From the human T2T-CHM13v2.0 reference genome, Homo sapiens: DNA of 64,000 nt. The stretch is from NCBI RefSeq assembly GCF_009914755.1, contig NC_060938.1, one strand, 5' to 3'. The position numbers were made by a program, and so were the translations under genes. Each line of letters starts with the position of its first letter. Within the stretch, counting starts at the first letter, position 1. Below, piece after piece: positions 60,717 to 64,000 of the stretch. Under the pieces are notes generated by a model. That model was not told where the DNA came from. It did no database searches and saw only the letters and a list, made by a program, of their open reading frames with translations.

Positions 60717-64000
<3,284 letters not shown>

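Overview
Primate (human/great-ape-like) pericentromeric DNA with no host genes. About 81% is diverged ~171-bp alpha satellite. I saw only A-type monomers (pJalpha box TTCCTTTTYCACCRTAG) and no CENP-B box. Six young LINE-1 insertions interrupt it (~12 kb, L1PA2/PA3/PA4-like, none with the L1HS ACA/ACG diagnostic): one full-length but dead copy (43987-50070), two 5'-inverted copies and three 5'-truncated copies. The satellite switches strand at ~9635 and is stratified into at least four sequence layers. It is not purely monomeric. It holds a relic XYZ trimer periodicity with an ~18-mer duplication (15-21 kb), a 10-mer duplication that preserves the empty target site of one L1 (29.5-32.7 kb), and a 286-bp perfectly identical tract inside diverged satellite (57.5/59.1 kb). 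All non-L1 ORFs in the track are artefacts of the 171 = 57x3 period. I found no new protein-coding system; the interesting signal is structural and evolutionary. Subfamily and layer assignments and identity values are by eye and from memory of consensus sequences.
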